From Neovahlkampfia damariscottae (taxonomy: Eukaryota): a stretch of 33,715 bases of DNA. Below are positions 10,901 to 19,841 of the stretch, one piece after another (position 1 is the first letter of the stretch; every line of letters begins with the position of its first letter). A model generated the notes under the pieces. It had not been told where the DNA came from. It saw only the letters and a program-made list of their open reading frames with translations, and searched no databases. The stretch spans positions 1-33,715 of the forward strand of contig JABLTG010000195.1 of the NCBI GenBank assembly GCA_016618085.1, read 5' to 3'. Position numbers and translations under genes: made by a program.

Positions 10901-11295
10901 TCTTTTTAGTTCACAAACATAGTGATTCAATTTATGCATTACCAAAACAAAACTTCCTTCCAGAATACAACTTCCTCAAATTTGCTCTTAAAACTGCATT
11001 AAAAGGAGAAGATGCAACATTCATTGGAGATATTGTTCATGCATTAGTAATTCTTGGAATAAGAAAAGAAAATAGCAAAGAAATGAATTTACTTATCAGT
11101 GATAGTCAATGTTTAATTCATTCAATGCAAGACAGCAAAAAAGGATCTTGGGATGGTGATTTTTCAATGCTTCTTAGTGCTGTTAGAGCATTTAAAGAAC
11201 ATGATTTATTGGAAAGTTTTCTCACCGTTGGTGAATATTCATCAAATGATGAATACTTCAAAGTTTTAGAAGAAGAAGGTTTAATAAAACCTTAA
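7933..11295 (+). CDS. Signal-peptide protein with a central ATP-grasp domain and a C-terminal alpha-helical domain (paralog 1), 1120 aa
   Basis: Signal MFLKHCFLVFLAITAVAFA. ATP-grasp motif series LENKW, FLPKT, WIIKG, FVQQYL, EHRI, SDVA, IETNPGG. C-terminal IGDIVHAL..G..QD..GSW. Intronless. Confidence 0.7.
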   Translation: MFLKHCFLVFLAITAVAFAEVNLMSVYHYSETTFINLKPRSREIQVEFLYHSNVRNETDLKELSTELGKSLATENIQKNNEAFEVTSDVMGKVEVHPTKTVTKFFDSPNGFRSQQGWISSKDEYPTDEYLEGDIKMLQKLQQHVSNFDSFNLNVKVPQNETLLVNLLINRLRKENNEYLRIEKNLKLGKISYSNEFLKKLFSKDAHNRFSYKPTLKQLFEDFVVRQGYELSDPSIDTKFIWWSPIDKIKERFLTIDYVHPFYRIDITPILLNSNLDEKEIIAKLGNQVNIQDVVQFKEFENDIVQSVKRAAGLIKATEFLGNFIADNAISEISFIEVHMIQQIRKYLSYGKRVFVKYLTWEYEKCPKIYSGENKKLVGVYDDEKFVFGYIPTGIYGHAPLIIPGESLVWHQRTEHRFNLMGKYNPALINLNIAHFLENKWFEYKYWETYCPGFLPKTKLLYDILPEGVSKYNVTPEQFLEVANKEFPNGWIIKGVWDYNGIHHRITPKMDIKKHYYDYKNSDFDKFREEAKKGLAGCEPVEDLNMATHRHPNFLGAKIADLLSDSSQTFVQQYLDLKREHRIECAGGACPMSCMEGDEDWETIDSKKKIQDLQEDMQHFFMQCINTMPANLRGISLTSDVAKLNSGGHITIETNPGGNGWNIHNVKNVITGHNRLLRRYHEFAEYDPEGIQKGMTEEEQIIYQREMLKKWNVSYEVHGTHFSELPDRILDSITYVHPIRSDRLNYEGPRPKAQCIVSSPRKIASISKGINFWKQNVKTDTTLDCEDILHHLYYLTLKSKDTISTDLAQNITSEISKKYGPAILQKFSAPLIKFQKKNIKNGDEIEKSLVNKLSDLTLAAINHVDMLKTVGIPHNDFYELTVKFHKILTKERSEIIKYDKLMEKFQKYTKIFVIHKKLTKRVENMIIEIFDEFEDRITQLKAAERNNFDLNVSFGTVVKDLMEKMRNLYSFFILGEKKNERIYDALLHATLFLVHKHSDSIYALPKQNFLPEYNFLKFALKTALKGEDATFIGDIVHALVILGIRKENSKEMNLLISDSQCLIHSMQDSKKGSWDGDFSMLLSAVRAFKEHDLLESFLTVGEYSSNDEYFKVLEEEGLIKP

Positions 11296-11473
11296 TTTGA
11301 ACATAGAATTCTTTTTTTTTTTCTTTTTACTTTCTCAGTCACTTTTGTTCAAATTGGACAATCAAACTTCTAAAAAAAAATTCAACTGATTCGAAATAGA
11401 AGCCCAAAAAGCTTTTGAATGGTCAATTACTGTAAACCAATCAGATTATTTGTTTTCAAAGAAGTTGATAGAC

Positions 11474-14400
11474 ATGAGACTCATAGCTTTATTTATTGGG
11501 CTCATATTCACTTTTATTGCACTTTGTGAAGGTGAAACAAATTTAATGAGTTTATACCATTATTCACAAACAACCTTTTTAAACCTCAAACCAAAAAGTC
11601 GTGATGTTAGAATTAATTTTCATCATGAAAGTGCTAAAAAACAAGAAGATACAGATTTACATCAAATTAAGACATCACTTTTAGGATCTTTAAATAAAAC
11701 AAAAGTTGAAGAAATAAATGGTGGTTTCGAAATTCAAAGCTCAGATGTTGGTACACTTTTAATGTCAAAAAAAACTACAACAACTGGATTTTTAAAAGCT
11801 CCAAATGGAAAAAGATCACAACAAGGATGGATTTTATCAAAAGAAGATTATCCTACTGATGAAGTTATTAGTGGTGATATGAAAACGTTTAAAAGCATCA
11901 AAAAAGTTTTAGGAAACTTTAACAAGTTTTCAATTGACATTTTAGTTAAAAGTGATTCAAAATTTTTAAGAAACATTTTAATTAATAGAATTAGAAAAGA
12001 AAATACGGAAATTATCAATGAATCAGAAAATGATTTCGTCAAAACAAAACTTCAATACTCAGAAGGTTTTATTGAAAAACTTGTTGAAAAAAATGAAAAA
12101 GGAGAATTTATTTATAATCCAACAATGGAAGAATTATTTAATGATTTTATTATTCGTCAAGGTTTAGAATCACATAATAAAAAAAGTAAAGATCTTTATT
12201 GGAGTAAATCAACATCAATGGAAAATTTAAAAAAAGAATTTTTACAAATGACATATATTCATCCAGAATATAATATTGATATTACACCTATACTTTTAAA
12301 TCAAAATTTTGATGAATCTATTTCAAAAAAATTCAATTTTATTGAAAAAGGAAATTTTATTCGTTTTAATGAATTTAAATCATTATTTATAAAAGGAATT
12401 AAAAGAGCTGCTGGTTTAGTAAAATCAACTGAATTTCTTGGACATTTTATTGCTGATAATGCAATTTCCGAAATTTCATTTCTTGAAGTAGATTTTATTC
12501 AAAGAATACGAAATTATTTAAGAAGCAAAAGAAGACTTCATATTAAATATATTGTTATGAATGTTGAAGAATGTCCAAAATTTCATAATTCAGAAAGTTG
12601 GAGTTTAAGAAAATGGTATAATGAAAAATCAGATGATTTTGTACTTGGTTATATTGAAAGTAATGTATTTGGACATGCACCTTTAATAATACCTGGTGAT
12701 GCAGTTATTTGGCATCAAAGAGCAGAACATAGATTTAATTTATTAGCAAAATATAATCCATCTTTAATTAATATGAATATTATTCATTTCTTAGAAAATA
12801 AATGGTTTGAATATAAATTTTGGGAAGAATATTGTCCAAAATTTTTACCAAAAACCAAATTATTATTAGATGTTTTACCAGAAGGTATTTCAAGAGTAGA
12901 TGTACCACCTGAAATATTTGTTAAAATAGCCAATGAACATTTTCCAAATGGATGGATTATTAAAGGTGTATGGGACTATAATGGTATAAATCATATCATT
13001 ACAAATAAATTAGATATTGTTAAATTACATCAAGAATATAAAAATTCAACATTTGATTCATTTATGAATGAAATTAAAACTACACTTCAAGGATGTGAAC
13101 CAATTGAAGATATCAATTTAGAAGCAAAATCACATCCAAATTTTGTTGGTTGGAAAATTGGACATTTATTAAAAAATGCTGCTTCTACATTTATTCAAGA
13201 ATTTAAACCATTACAAAGAGAAAATCGTATTGAATGTTCATCTGGTGAATGTCCACTTGATTGTATGGATTCAGATGATAGTTATGATGATTCAACTTCA
13301 AAAACATTTGAAACAAAAAAGAAAATTAATAATTTTTTTATGACTTGTATTAATTCATTACCTGAAAATTTAAGAGGTATTCCATTAACATCAGATGCAG
13401 CAATATTAAAAAGTGATTCACAATCATTTGTTACAATTGAAACTAATCCAGGTGGAAATGGTTTTGGAATTCATAATGATAAATTAATTGCAAAATGTCA
13501 TAATAATGTTTTAAGAAAATTCCCAAATAAATATAAATTTGATAGAACATTAGTTACAAGAGGTATTGAATCATTGGAAAAACAAATGATATTTCTTCAT
13601 CAAAAAATTGAACAATGGAATATTAATATGGAAATTGTTTCACCACAATTTTTACCAATGTTAAAAGATAGATTTATTGATTCTGCAGTTAAATTACATT
13701 CAATTAGAATGAATCGTTTAAATTATCAAGGAAAAAGAGTTATTGCTCCACCTGTTCTTAGAACAAAAGCAAGAGGACAAATTATTGAAAATATTATTAA
13801 ATTCTTTGGAAAACATGCAACTAAATTTTGTGAAAGAACACCTGAACTTTTATTTGAAACATTATATTATTTAAAACTTCATAAAGAATTAAATGAAAAA
13901 AGAATAGTTGAATTTACAAAAACTGTTGAAGAACAATGTTCACAAACTCTTGTAACTGAATTTGCACAAAAAATGAAAACAATAAAAGCAAAGAAATTTA
14001 AAAAAAAAATATCAAAAAAATATCAAATTCATTCACTTGGAAAAATAATTTTATCAATTAATCAAAGAGTTGCTTATTTAAAAATGTTTAACATTCCACA
14101 TTCAGGAATTAAAGAAATTGCAGATGAATATTCAGTTTTATTGAACAAATACTTTTTTGATTGGAAAAAGATTCTTTTCCCTAAATTACAAAAAACTTTA
14201 TCATCTTTAAAAGTTTCATTTGAAAGAGAAGGTGTTTCAACTAAAGTATTGAAGAAAGCTACAAAAGCATTAGCAAAAATTCCAAAAAATCTCAAAGCAA
14301 TTAAAATGACAGAAAGAAGTGGATACAGAATTCCTGCTTTTTCATTTTTACAAATTACAGATAATTGGGATTATTTAATTCGTGATTTATATTCCACTTT

Positions 14401-14875
14401 CGATCAATACTCACAAAATATTATTCAAGCACAAAACAAATATCACTTGAAATTTCATCATGCTTTAGTTAAATCTGTAGTCTCATTGATTGTTGAATCA
14501 TCAGATTCATTGTATTCACTCAATCCAAATTTCTTCAGACTTGAAAATATGTTCTTACAAAAAATTTTACAATTTTCAATTAAAACACACGATTTTGAAG
14601 TCATGGGAGATGTTGTTTATGCATTATATCTTTTGAATGATAAAATTGATGATTCTCTCAAAGAATTGATCGAAAAAGCAAAATTTTTGATCTATTATAA
14701 AGAAAGTGGTACTGTAGAAGATTTAGATCCTACATTCCATTCTACTATCCTTGCTGCATTGAAAACATTTTCAAATATCAATCTTCCAAAAACTGGATTA
14801 AAATTTGGAGAAATTTTGACACCAAATCAATTTTGGAATAAATTAAAACAACTTGGTTGGAAAATCAATAATTAA
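11474..14875 (+). CDS. Signal-peptide ATP-grasp protein (paralog 2), ~1133 aa
   Basis: Probable ATG at 11474 (MRLIALFIGLIFTFIALCEG), downstream of CCAATCA. Colinear with paralog 1: RSQQGWI.SK..YPTDE, KRAAGL.K.TEFLG.FIADNAISEISF, LENKWFEYK.W, FPNGWIIKGVWDYNGI, IETNPGGNG. Confidence 0.7.
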   Translation: MRLIALFIGLIFTFIALCEGETNLMSLYHYSQTTFLNLKPKSRDVRINFHHESAKKQEDTDLHQIKTSLLGSLNKTKVEEINGGFEIQSSDVGTLLMSKKTTTTGFLKAPNGKRSQQGWILSKEDYPTDEVISGDMKTFKSIKKVLGNFNKFSIDILVKSDSKFLRNILINRIRKENTEIINESENDFVKTKLQYSEGFIEKLVEKNEKGEFIYNPTMEELFNDFIIRQGLESHNKKSKDLYWSKSTSMENLKKEFLQMTYIHPEYNIDITPILLNQNFDESISKKFNFIEKGNFIRFNEFKSLFIKGIKRAAGLVKSTEFLGHFIADNAISEISFLEVDFIQRIRNYLRSKRRLHIKYIVMNVEECPKFHNSESWSLRKWYNEKSDDFVLGYIESNVFGHAPLIIPGDAVIWHQRAEHRFNLLAKYNPSLINMNIIHFLENKWFEYKFWEEYCPKFLPKTKLLLDVLPEGISRVDVPPEIFVKIANEHFPNGWIIKGVWDYNGINHIITNKLDIVKLHQEYKNSTFDSFMNEIKTTLQGCEPIEDINLEAKSHPNFVGWKIGHLLKNAASTFIQEFKPLQRENRIECSSGECPLDCMDSDDSYDDSTSKTFETKKKINNFFMTCINSLPENLRGIPLTSDAAILKSDSQSFVTIETNPGGNGFGIHNDKLIAKCHNNVLRKFPNKYKFDRTLVTRGIESLEKQMIFLHQKIEQWNINMEIVSPQFLPMLKDRFIDSAVKLHSIRMNRLNYQGKRVIAPPVLRTKARGQIIENIIKFFGKHATKFCERTPELLFETLYYLKLHKELNEKRIVEFTKTVEEQCSQTLVTEFAQKMKTIKAKKFKKKISKKYQIHSLGKIILSINQRVAYLKMFNIPHSGIKEIADEYSVLLNKYFFDWKKILFPKLQKTLSSLKVSFEREGVSTKVLKKATKALAKIPKNLKAIKMTERSGYRIPAFSFLQITDNWDYLIRDLYSTFDQYSQNIIQAQNKYHLKFHHALVKSVVSLIVESSDSLYSLNPNFFRLENMFLQKILQFSIKTHDFEVMGDVVYALYLLNDKIDDSLKELIEKAKFLIYYKESGTVEDLDPTFHSTILAALKTFSNINLPKTGLKFGEILTPNQFWNKLKQLGWKINN

Positions 14876-14964
14876 AGAAATTACATTTTCATTTTTATTC
14901 ATTTTTTAAATCTAAAAAGTCATTTTTCAACTTTAAATGTTTATTCCTTTTGAAAACTATCATC

Positions 14965-17550
14965 TTATTGTTTTAAATAAAAGATTTTGAATGGATCATC
15001 ACAATGGATTATTGATGAATCTGCATTTGACAATTTTTCAGATGTGACAATTACACTATTTTGAGGAATTTCGACAACATTGAAATCATTATTTCCATAG
15101 TATAACCAAATTGGTGAATCTACTTCTTTCATATCTTCTTCTTCTTTCATATTTTCTTCTTCTTTCATCAAATTTCCTTTTAATTGAATTGAATATTCTT
15201 CTGGCATACTATCATTTTTTTTTGATTCAATTCTTCTTAAAAATTCTATTGATGATTCATTTTTATTCTTTTGAAAGAATAAAAATTCAGTTTCTGATTT
15301 TTTGATGATAACTTTTTCATAACAAGCAACTGAAAGTTTTGCAACATTTAACCATGAAATTGGTGAACTTGGTGTTTGAATCCATTCACAAAAATGTTTT
15401 ACAACATCTGATAACAAACCATGACTCCTTGAAACAGTAATTACACCTTTTTTTGTATTTTTAACATTAATATTCATAAAAGTGAATTTTTTGTTTTTAA
15501 TATCAAGAACACCTCCTAAATTTAATTTAGCATTTCCTCTTAAATTGCATGCATCAATAACATGAGATTTATATGGACCAGATCCTTGTTTGTCATTAAG
15601 GTATCCAATTCCAACACTTGATTCTTCCATATCATCAAATGATACTCCCGAATATGATAAATTAGCTAAAACTAAATAAGAAACATTTGGCATTGTTGTT
15701 GTCAATTTTTTGAAATTGAATTTACAATATTGTGAAGTAAGTAAAGCACCATTTTCATAAACATCTCCACTGTGAACAACACATCCATTAAATCCTTGTG
15801 TATGTGAATAATCTGATGTTGTTTGATGAATATTTTGAGCTTTAAAATTAGAATCAATACCAAAACAAGTTAAATCTAAAAATATGCTAGATGAATGTTT
15901 CCAAGAATTATATAAAACAAATTCAGTATCTTCTGAGAAAGAACTAAAATCAACTGTATCTCCTCTTGTACTTGGTGCTTTTGTACAAAATTTAGCTGGT
16001 TTTTGAGCAGGTCCTTTTTTGATACGGTAATTATCCATTGATTCATCAATAACACAAACATCAACATTCTTCAATTTATTTTTATCTAAAACTTTCATTA
16101 AAGCAATTTCGACTTGTTTAATTAAAATAGAATGAAGTTTTGTTTTTTTTGGTGCTTGTTTATCAATCCATTTCATTGTACCAAATTTTGTAACAAAACT
16201 CTTTTCTTTAAAATTTGATGAATCATATCCTAAAACATTTGTCAATTCAACTAATTGTTCTGCTCTCATTGTTGGTAATATTTTTTCAATAATTGAAATA
16301 AATATATCTTTATCTACATCTGGAAATGTATTACAAAATCTATTTGCATTTCTAAAAAATAAACCTGGATTCTTTTTAAAAATTGATAAAATTTCTAATC
16401 CTTTTTTTTTTTGAAAATTATCTTCTAATTCTCCTAAAGTTGATTTCATTGGATATTGATTTGAACGACAACATTTTGCAATTTCTTGAGCTGTTTTGAA
16501 TTTTTTATAAGTACCAATATGTAAATATCCAAATAAAAATTTCCAAATTTCTTGATGTTGTTTTAATTGTTCACAAGTTGTTGAATCAATTTTCCAAGAA
16601 TCAATAATTGATATAATCCAACTCCTAAATCCTTTTCTAAACTTAACTAAAATAGCTCCATCAACTTTTGGTGTACTTGAATGAAGATAAGCTAAAAATC
16701 TTAATAATCTATTTGGATTATTTATAAATTTCTTTCCAAATGATTTAAAAGCATCGGAATTTTCATTTTCTTGAAAATCTTTTGTTGGTTGAAAACACTT
16801 TTGACAAAATTTTCCTAATATAATTGCACGAGTTTCTTCTGAAGGAATTTTACAATCTTGAAATATTTTCATAACTAGAGTTGGATTATATTCAAATATC
16901 ATTTCAAATTCTTCTTGGTTCTTTGGTGTAATTTGACTAGTACTTGAAAATATTGTTTTAAGACGATTTTCTAAAAATTTTTCTATTTCTGTTGATTCAA
17001 CATAATTCCAAGCATCTTTTTTCGCTTTTTTCACTTTTATTTCTACTTTTTCTTCTTTCTTTGATAAGTATTCAGTGAACTTTTCTCTACAAAATGGACA
17101 ATTTGATTTTTCAAGTTTTTTAATGCAAGTTTCGCACATTTTATGACCACATTTCAAATAATGTTCTGCTTTTTCATCCATACAGATATAACACTCTTCT
17201 AATTGTTTTAATGATTCTTCAAATCTTTCTTTAAGTTTTTTATCGTTCAACTTTTTGAGAAAATCACTCAAAGATTCAACTTTTAATTTATCTTTTCTAT
17301 AAAAGTGAAACATTTCTAATTTTTGTGTTTCTTTTGTAATTTTAATAACTGAATCAAATAAACAATCAACAATTTGTGGTCTGACTAAAAGTTCCTGTGG
17401 ATTTATACTTGTATAAAATAAAACAAATCTGGCTTTTGATTTTGTTTCTTCTGTCACATCTTTCTTCCCAACTTGAAAGAGAAGTACTTTATTGTGATGT
17501 AAAGCATAATAACCAATGAGGGTTTTTTCTTGTTCTGTTAAAAGTTTCAT
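14965..17550 (-). CDS. RING-finger plus helical plus TerD-like protein resembling the MXAN_6230/SCO0854 (prokaryotic RING-4) family, ~861 aa
   Basis: C3HC4 RING CYIC..CGHKMCETC..CPFCR. Middle region RLLRFL, IWKFLFGYLHIG, NPGLFFRN. C-terminal TRGD..W..FLDLTC..VVHSGD. Probable ATG at 17550 after an A/C-rich leader. Intronless. Confidence 0.65.
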   Translation of the reverse strand: MKLLTEQEKTLIGYYALHHNKVLLFQVGKKDVTEETKSKARFVLFYTSINPQELLVRPQIVDCLFDSVIKITKETQKLEMFHFYRKDKLKVESLSDFLKKLNDKKLKERFEESLKQLEECYICMDEKAEHYLKCGHKMCETCIKKLEKSNCPFCREKFTEYLSKKEEKVEIKVKKAKKDAWNYVESTEIEKFLENRLKTIFSSTSQITPKNQEEFEMIFEYNPTLVMKIFQDCKIPSEETRAIILGKFCQKCFQPTKDFQENENSDAFKSFGKKFINNPNRLLRFLAYLHSSTPKVDGAILVKFRKGFRSWIISIIDSWKIDSTTCEQLKQHQEIWKFLFGYLHIGTYKKFKTAQEIAKCCRSNQYPMKSTLGELEDNFQKKKGLEILSIFKKNPGLFFRNANRFCNTFPDVDKDIFISIIEKILPTMRAEQLVELTNVLGYDSSNFKEKSFVTKFGTMKWIDKQAPKKTKLHSILIKQVEIALMKVLDKNKLKNVDVCVIDESMDNYRIKKGPAQKPAKFCTKAPSTRGDTVDFSSFSEDTEFVLYNSWKHSSSIFLDLTCFGIDSNFKAQNIHQTTSDYSHTQGFNGCVVHSGDVYENGALLTSQYCKFNFKKLTTTMPNVSYLVLANLSYSGVSFDDMEESSVGIGYLNDKQGSGPYKSHVIDACNLRGNAKLNLGGVLDIKNKKFTFMNINVKNTKKGVITVSRSHGLLSDVVKHFCEWIQTPSSPISWLNVAKLSVACYEKVIIKKSETEFLFFQKNKNESSIEFLRRIESKKNDSMPEEYSIQLKGNLMKEEENMKEEEDMKEVDSPIWLYYGNNDFNVVEIPQNSVIVTSEKLSNADSSIIHCDDPFKIFYLKQ

Positions 17551-17718
17551 TTGTTTGTTGTTGGTTTTTGTTTGGTTTAAAAAAAATCTATTTATAACCA
17601 CTAAACGTGAAGGTTCAAAAAAAAACATTGAAGTCTCAAAATTTTTAAAATTGTTTTCTTTAATTTTTTAGAATTATTAACTTGAGATTTTTTTTTTTTG
17701 AATTGACAAATCAGATCC

Positions 17719-19742
17719 ATGTCCTTTTTATTTCGGTGTTGTTATTTGTTTCTGATTTCTTTTGTGTTTGGATTCAAAATACAAAATTTAATTCAAAATC
17801 ATTTATTTAAAAAAAATGAAATGTTTAAATGGCATACAAATTCTGAATTGGATGGAAACTTAAGGGATTTCAAAACTCCATCAATTTTTGATGATCCAAC
17901 TTTAAAAACAGGAGTCAGTTTTATTTTTCAAAATGATAAATATATTAAAGAACAAGCATATCTACAATCCATATTTCCAAATAAAAAAAATCAACTTTCA
18001 AATTACAGAGGAATAATAATGCTTTCATTTTCTCATCAAATTAAAAATATTGATAAAAAAGGAAAAGTATTTTTATATGTAAATATTCGTTATAAAGACG
18101 GTTCAATTTTACCAATTTTTGTTCTAGCTGAAAATATCAATAATCATGAAGAATTTGAAACTGAATGTATTGGAGTCCCAAATTTCGGTCAAATTGAAAA
18201 TGTTTTAATAGGAATAGGTGCTTGTGATCTAGATGAGAATGAATCAAATCCAGAAATTAAACTATCAAATGTTCATTTTGATATATCAAATTCAAAAAGT
18301 AATAAAAGAAAGATTAATTTCTTCATTAAGTTTCATTTGATAAATTAAAAAAAAGATATTCAAATAAATGCACCAGAACAAGATTATTAAAAAGAACACC
18401 TGAAAAATGGAAAACTGATATAAATAAATTTCAAGCATCTGTTGAATTCGTAAGAAGATCCAAAAATTTATAAAAAATTAGACAAGATCAGATTTAACAA
18501 TTGTATCTCAATTGACGATTGATAGATTAAAATTTTTAAAAAAGAATGTTCAAAATCATAGAGGACCTTATTCTGTGTCAATTTATTTAAAAAAACCAAA
18601 AGATATTTATAGAGTTGAAAGATACTGGGCTAATAATGAATTAATTAGAAAATATTGTACAATACATATTGTTTATGCTCATGAAATTAAAGAACCTGAC
18701 AATCATATGTTTGGTAGATTATCATTCACTTATCCAATAAATTATTTAAGGAATCTTGCAAAAAAATATTCAAAAACAGATTTTATAATGTATATTGATA
18801 TTGATTTTGTGTTAACTAATGATTTGTATGAGCAAACAAAAAATGGAAAACTGATGTAAAATTTAAATTGATTTTTATTCTTTGAAAAGAGAGATTTATC
18901 GAAATATTGATCCAACATTCAGAAGTGTAATTATTTTACCATGTTTTGTTATGTCTCATAAAAAAGAGATTCCACCTAAAAATAGAGCTGAACTATTACA
19001 AATGATTGAAGAAAAAAGTAATTCTTTTTAATTTTAATCACAGTAATTAGAAATTGAAACATTTCCTTATGATTCACAAAAGATAAACAGATATGATCTT
19101 TGGTTATCCAAAAATTCATCAATACCAGACTTGATTGAAGTTGGTGAATATTTTTCATGGAGTGAACCTTATTTCATATTTCCACGTTATTTTCCATTGT
19201 AAGAAATCAAAAATTGAAATTTACAAAAAAATAGATTTTCAGAAAGATTTATTGGATGTGGAAGAGATAAATTACAATTAACAATGGCAATTCATCATTT
19301 AAATTTTAGATTTTTCGTTTGGAGAAAGCAATTAATGACACACCCTGCGTTTGATGAATTTAAGAATCAAACAAAAATGGAAGAATTATCTGATTCTTAT
19401 CCTCCTGCATGTATCTATCTTTTTTTTTAATTTATTTTCATAGCACTTGGATTTCATTCTTTTGTGTCCCATTATTTTATGATGTGGGAGGAGTTATCAA
19501 AAAATAAAACTGATATTGAAAATGAAAAGAAGGAAAGTATTTTGATGAATCATGAAAAAGCTAGAATTATTTGGTTGCAAAATTTTCAAAAATATGTTGA
19601 AAAGAATTTCCCAAAAATTGATAGATTTTTACCTCAACAAAAAAAGATGTTATTTCATGAAGAATTATTGTTTTTTTTGATATTTTTAATAATATTTGCT
19701 GTTGGATTTGTTATAAGGAAACGAAGACAAAAAATAAACTGA
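17719..19742 (+). CDS. Glycosyltransferase family 49 (LARGE/B4GAT1-like), multi-exon
   Basis: DLTIVSQLTIDRL, GPYSVSIY, YPINYLRNLA and a DIDF DxD-like motif; also EPYF and F.ERFIG.G.DK. Signal peptide and C-terminal TM helix. Several short introns, e.g. 18450-18481. Confidence 0.85.
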
Positions 19743-19841
19743 AATCATTATTATCCAATTGTATGTCGTCCCGCCTCCAATTTAACAGCATCGTTTTGAT
19801 TGGGCAACTCCACCAAAGTCAGAAAAACAACGCAACAAAGC

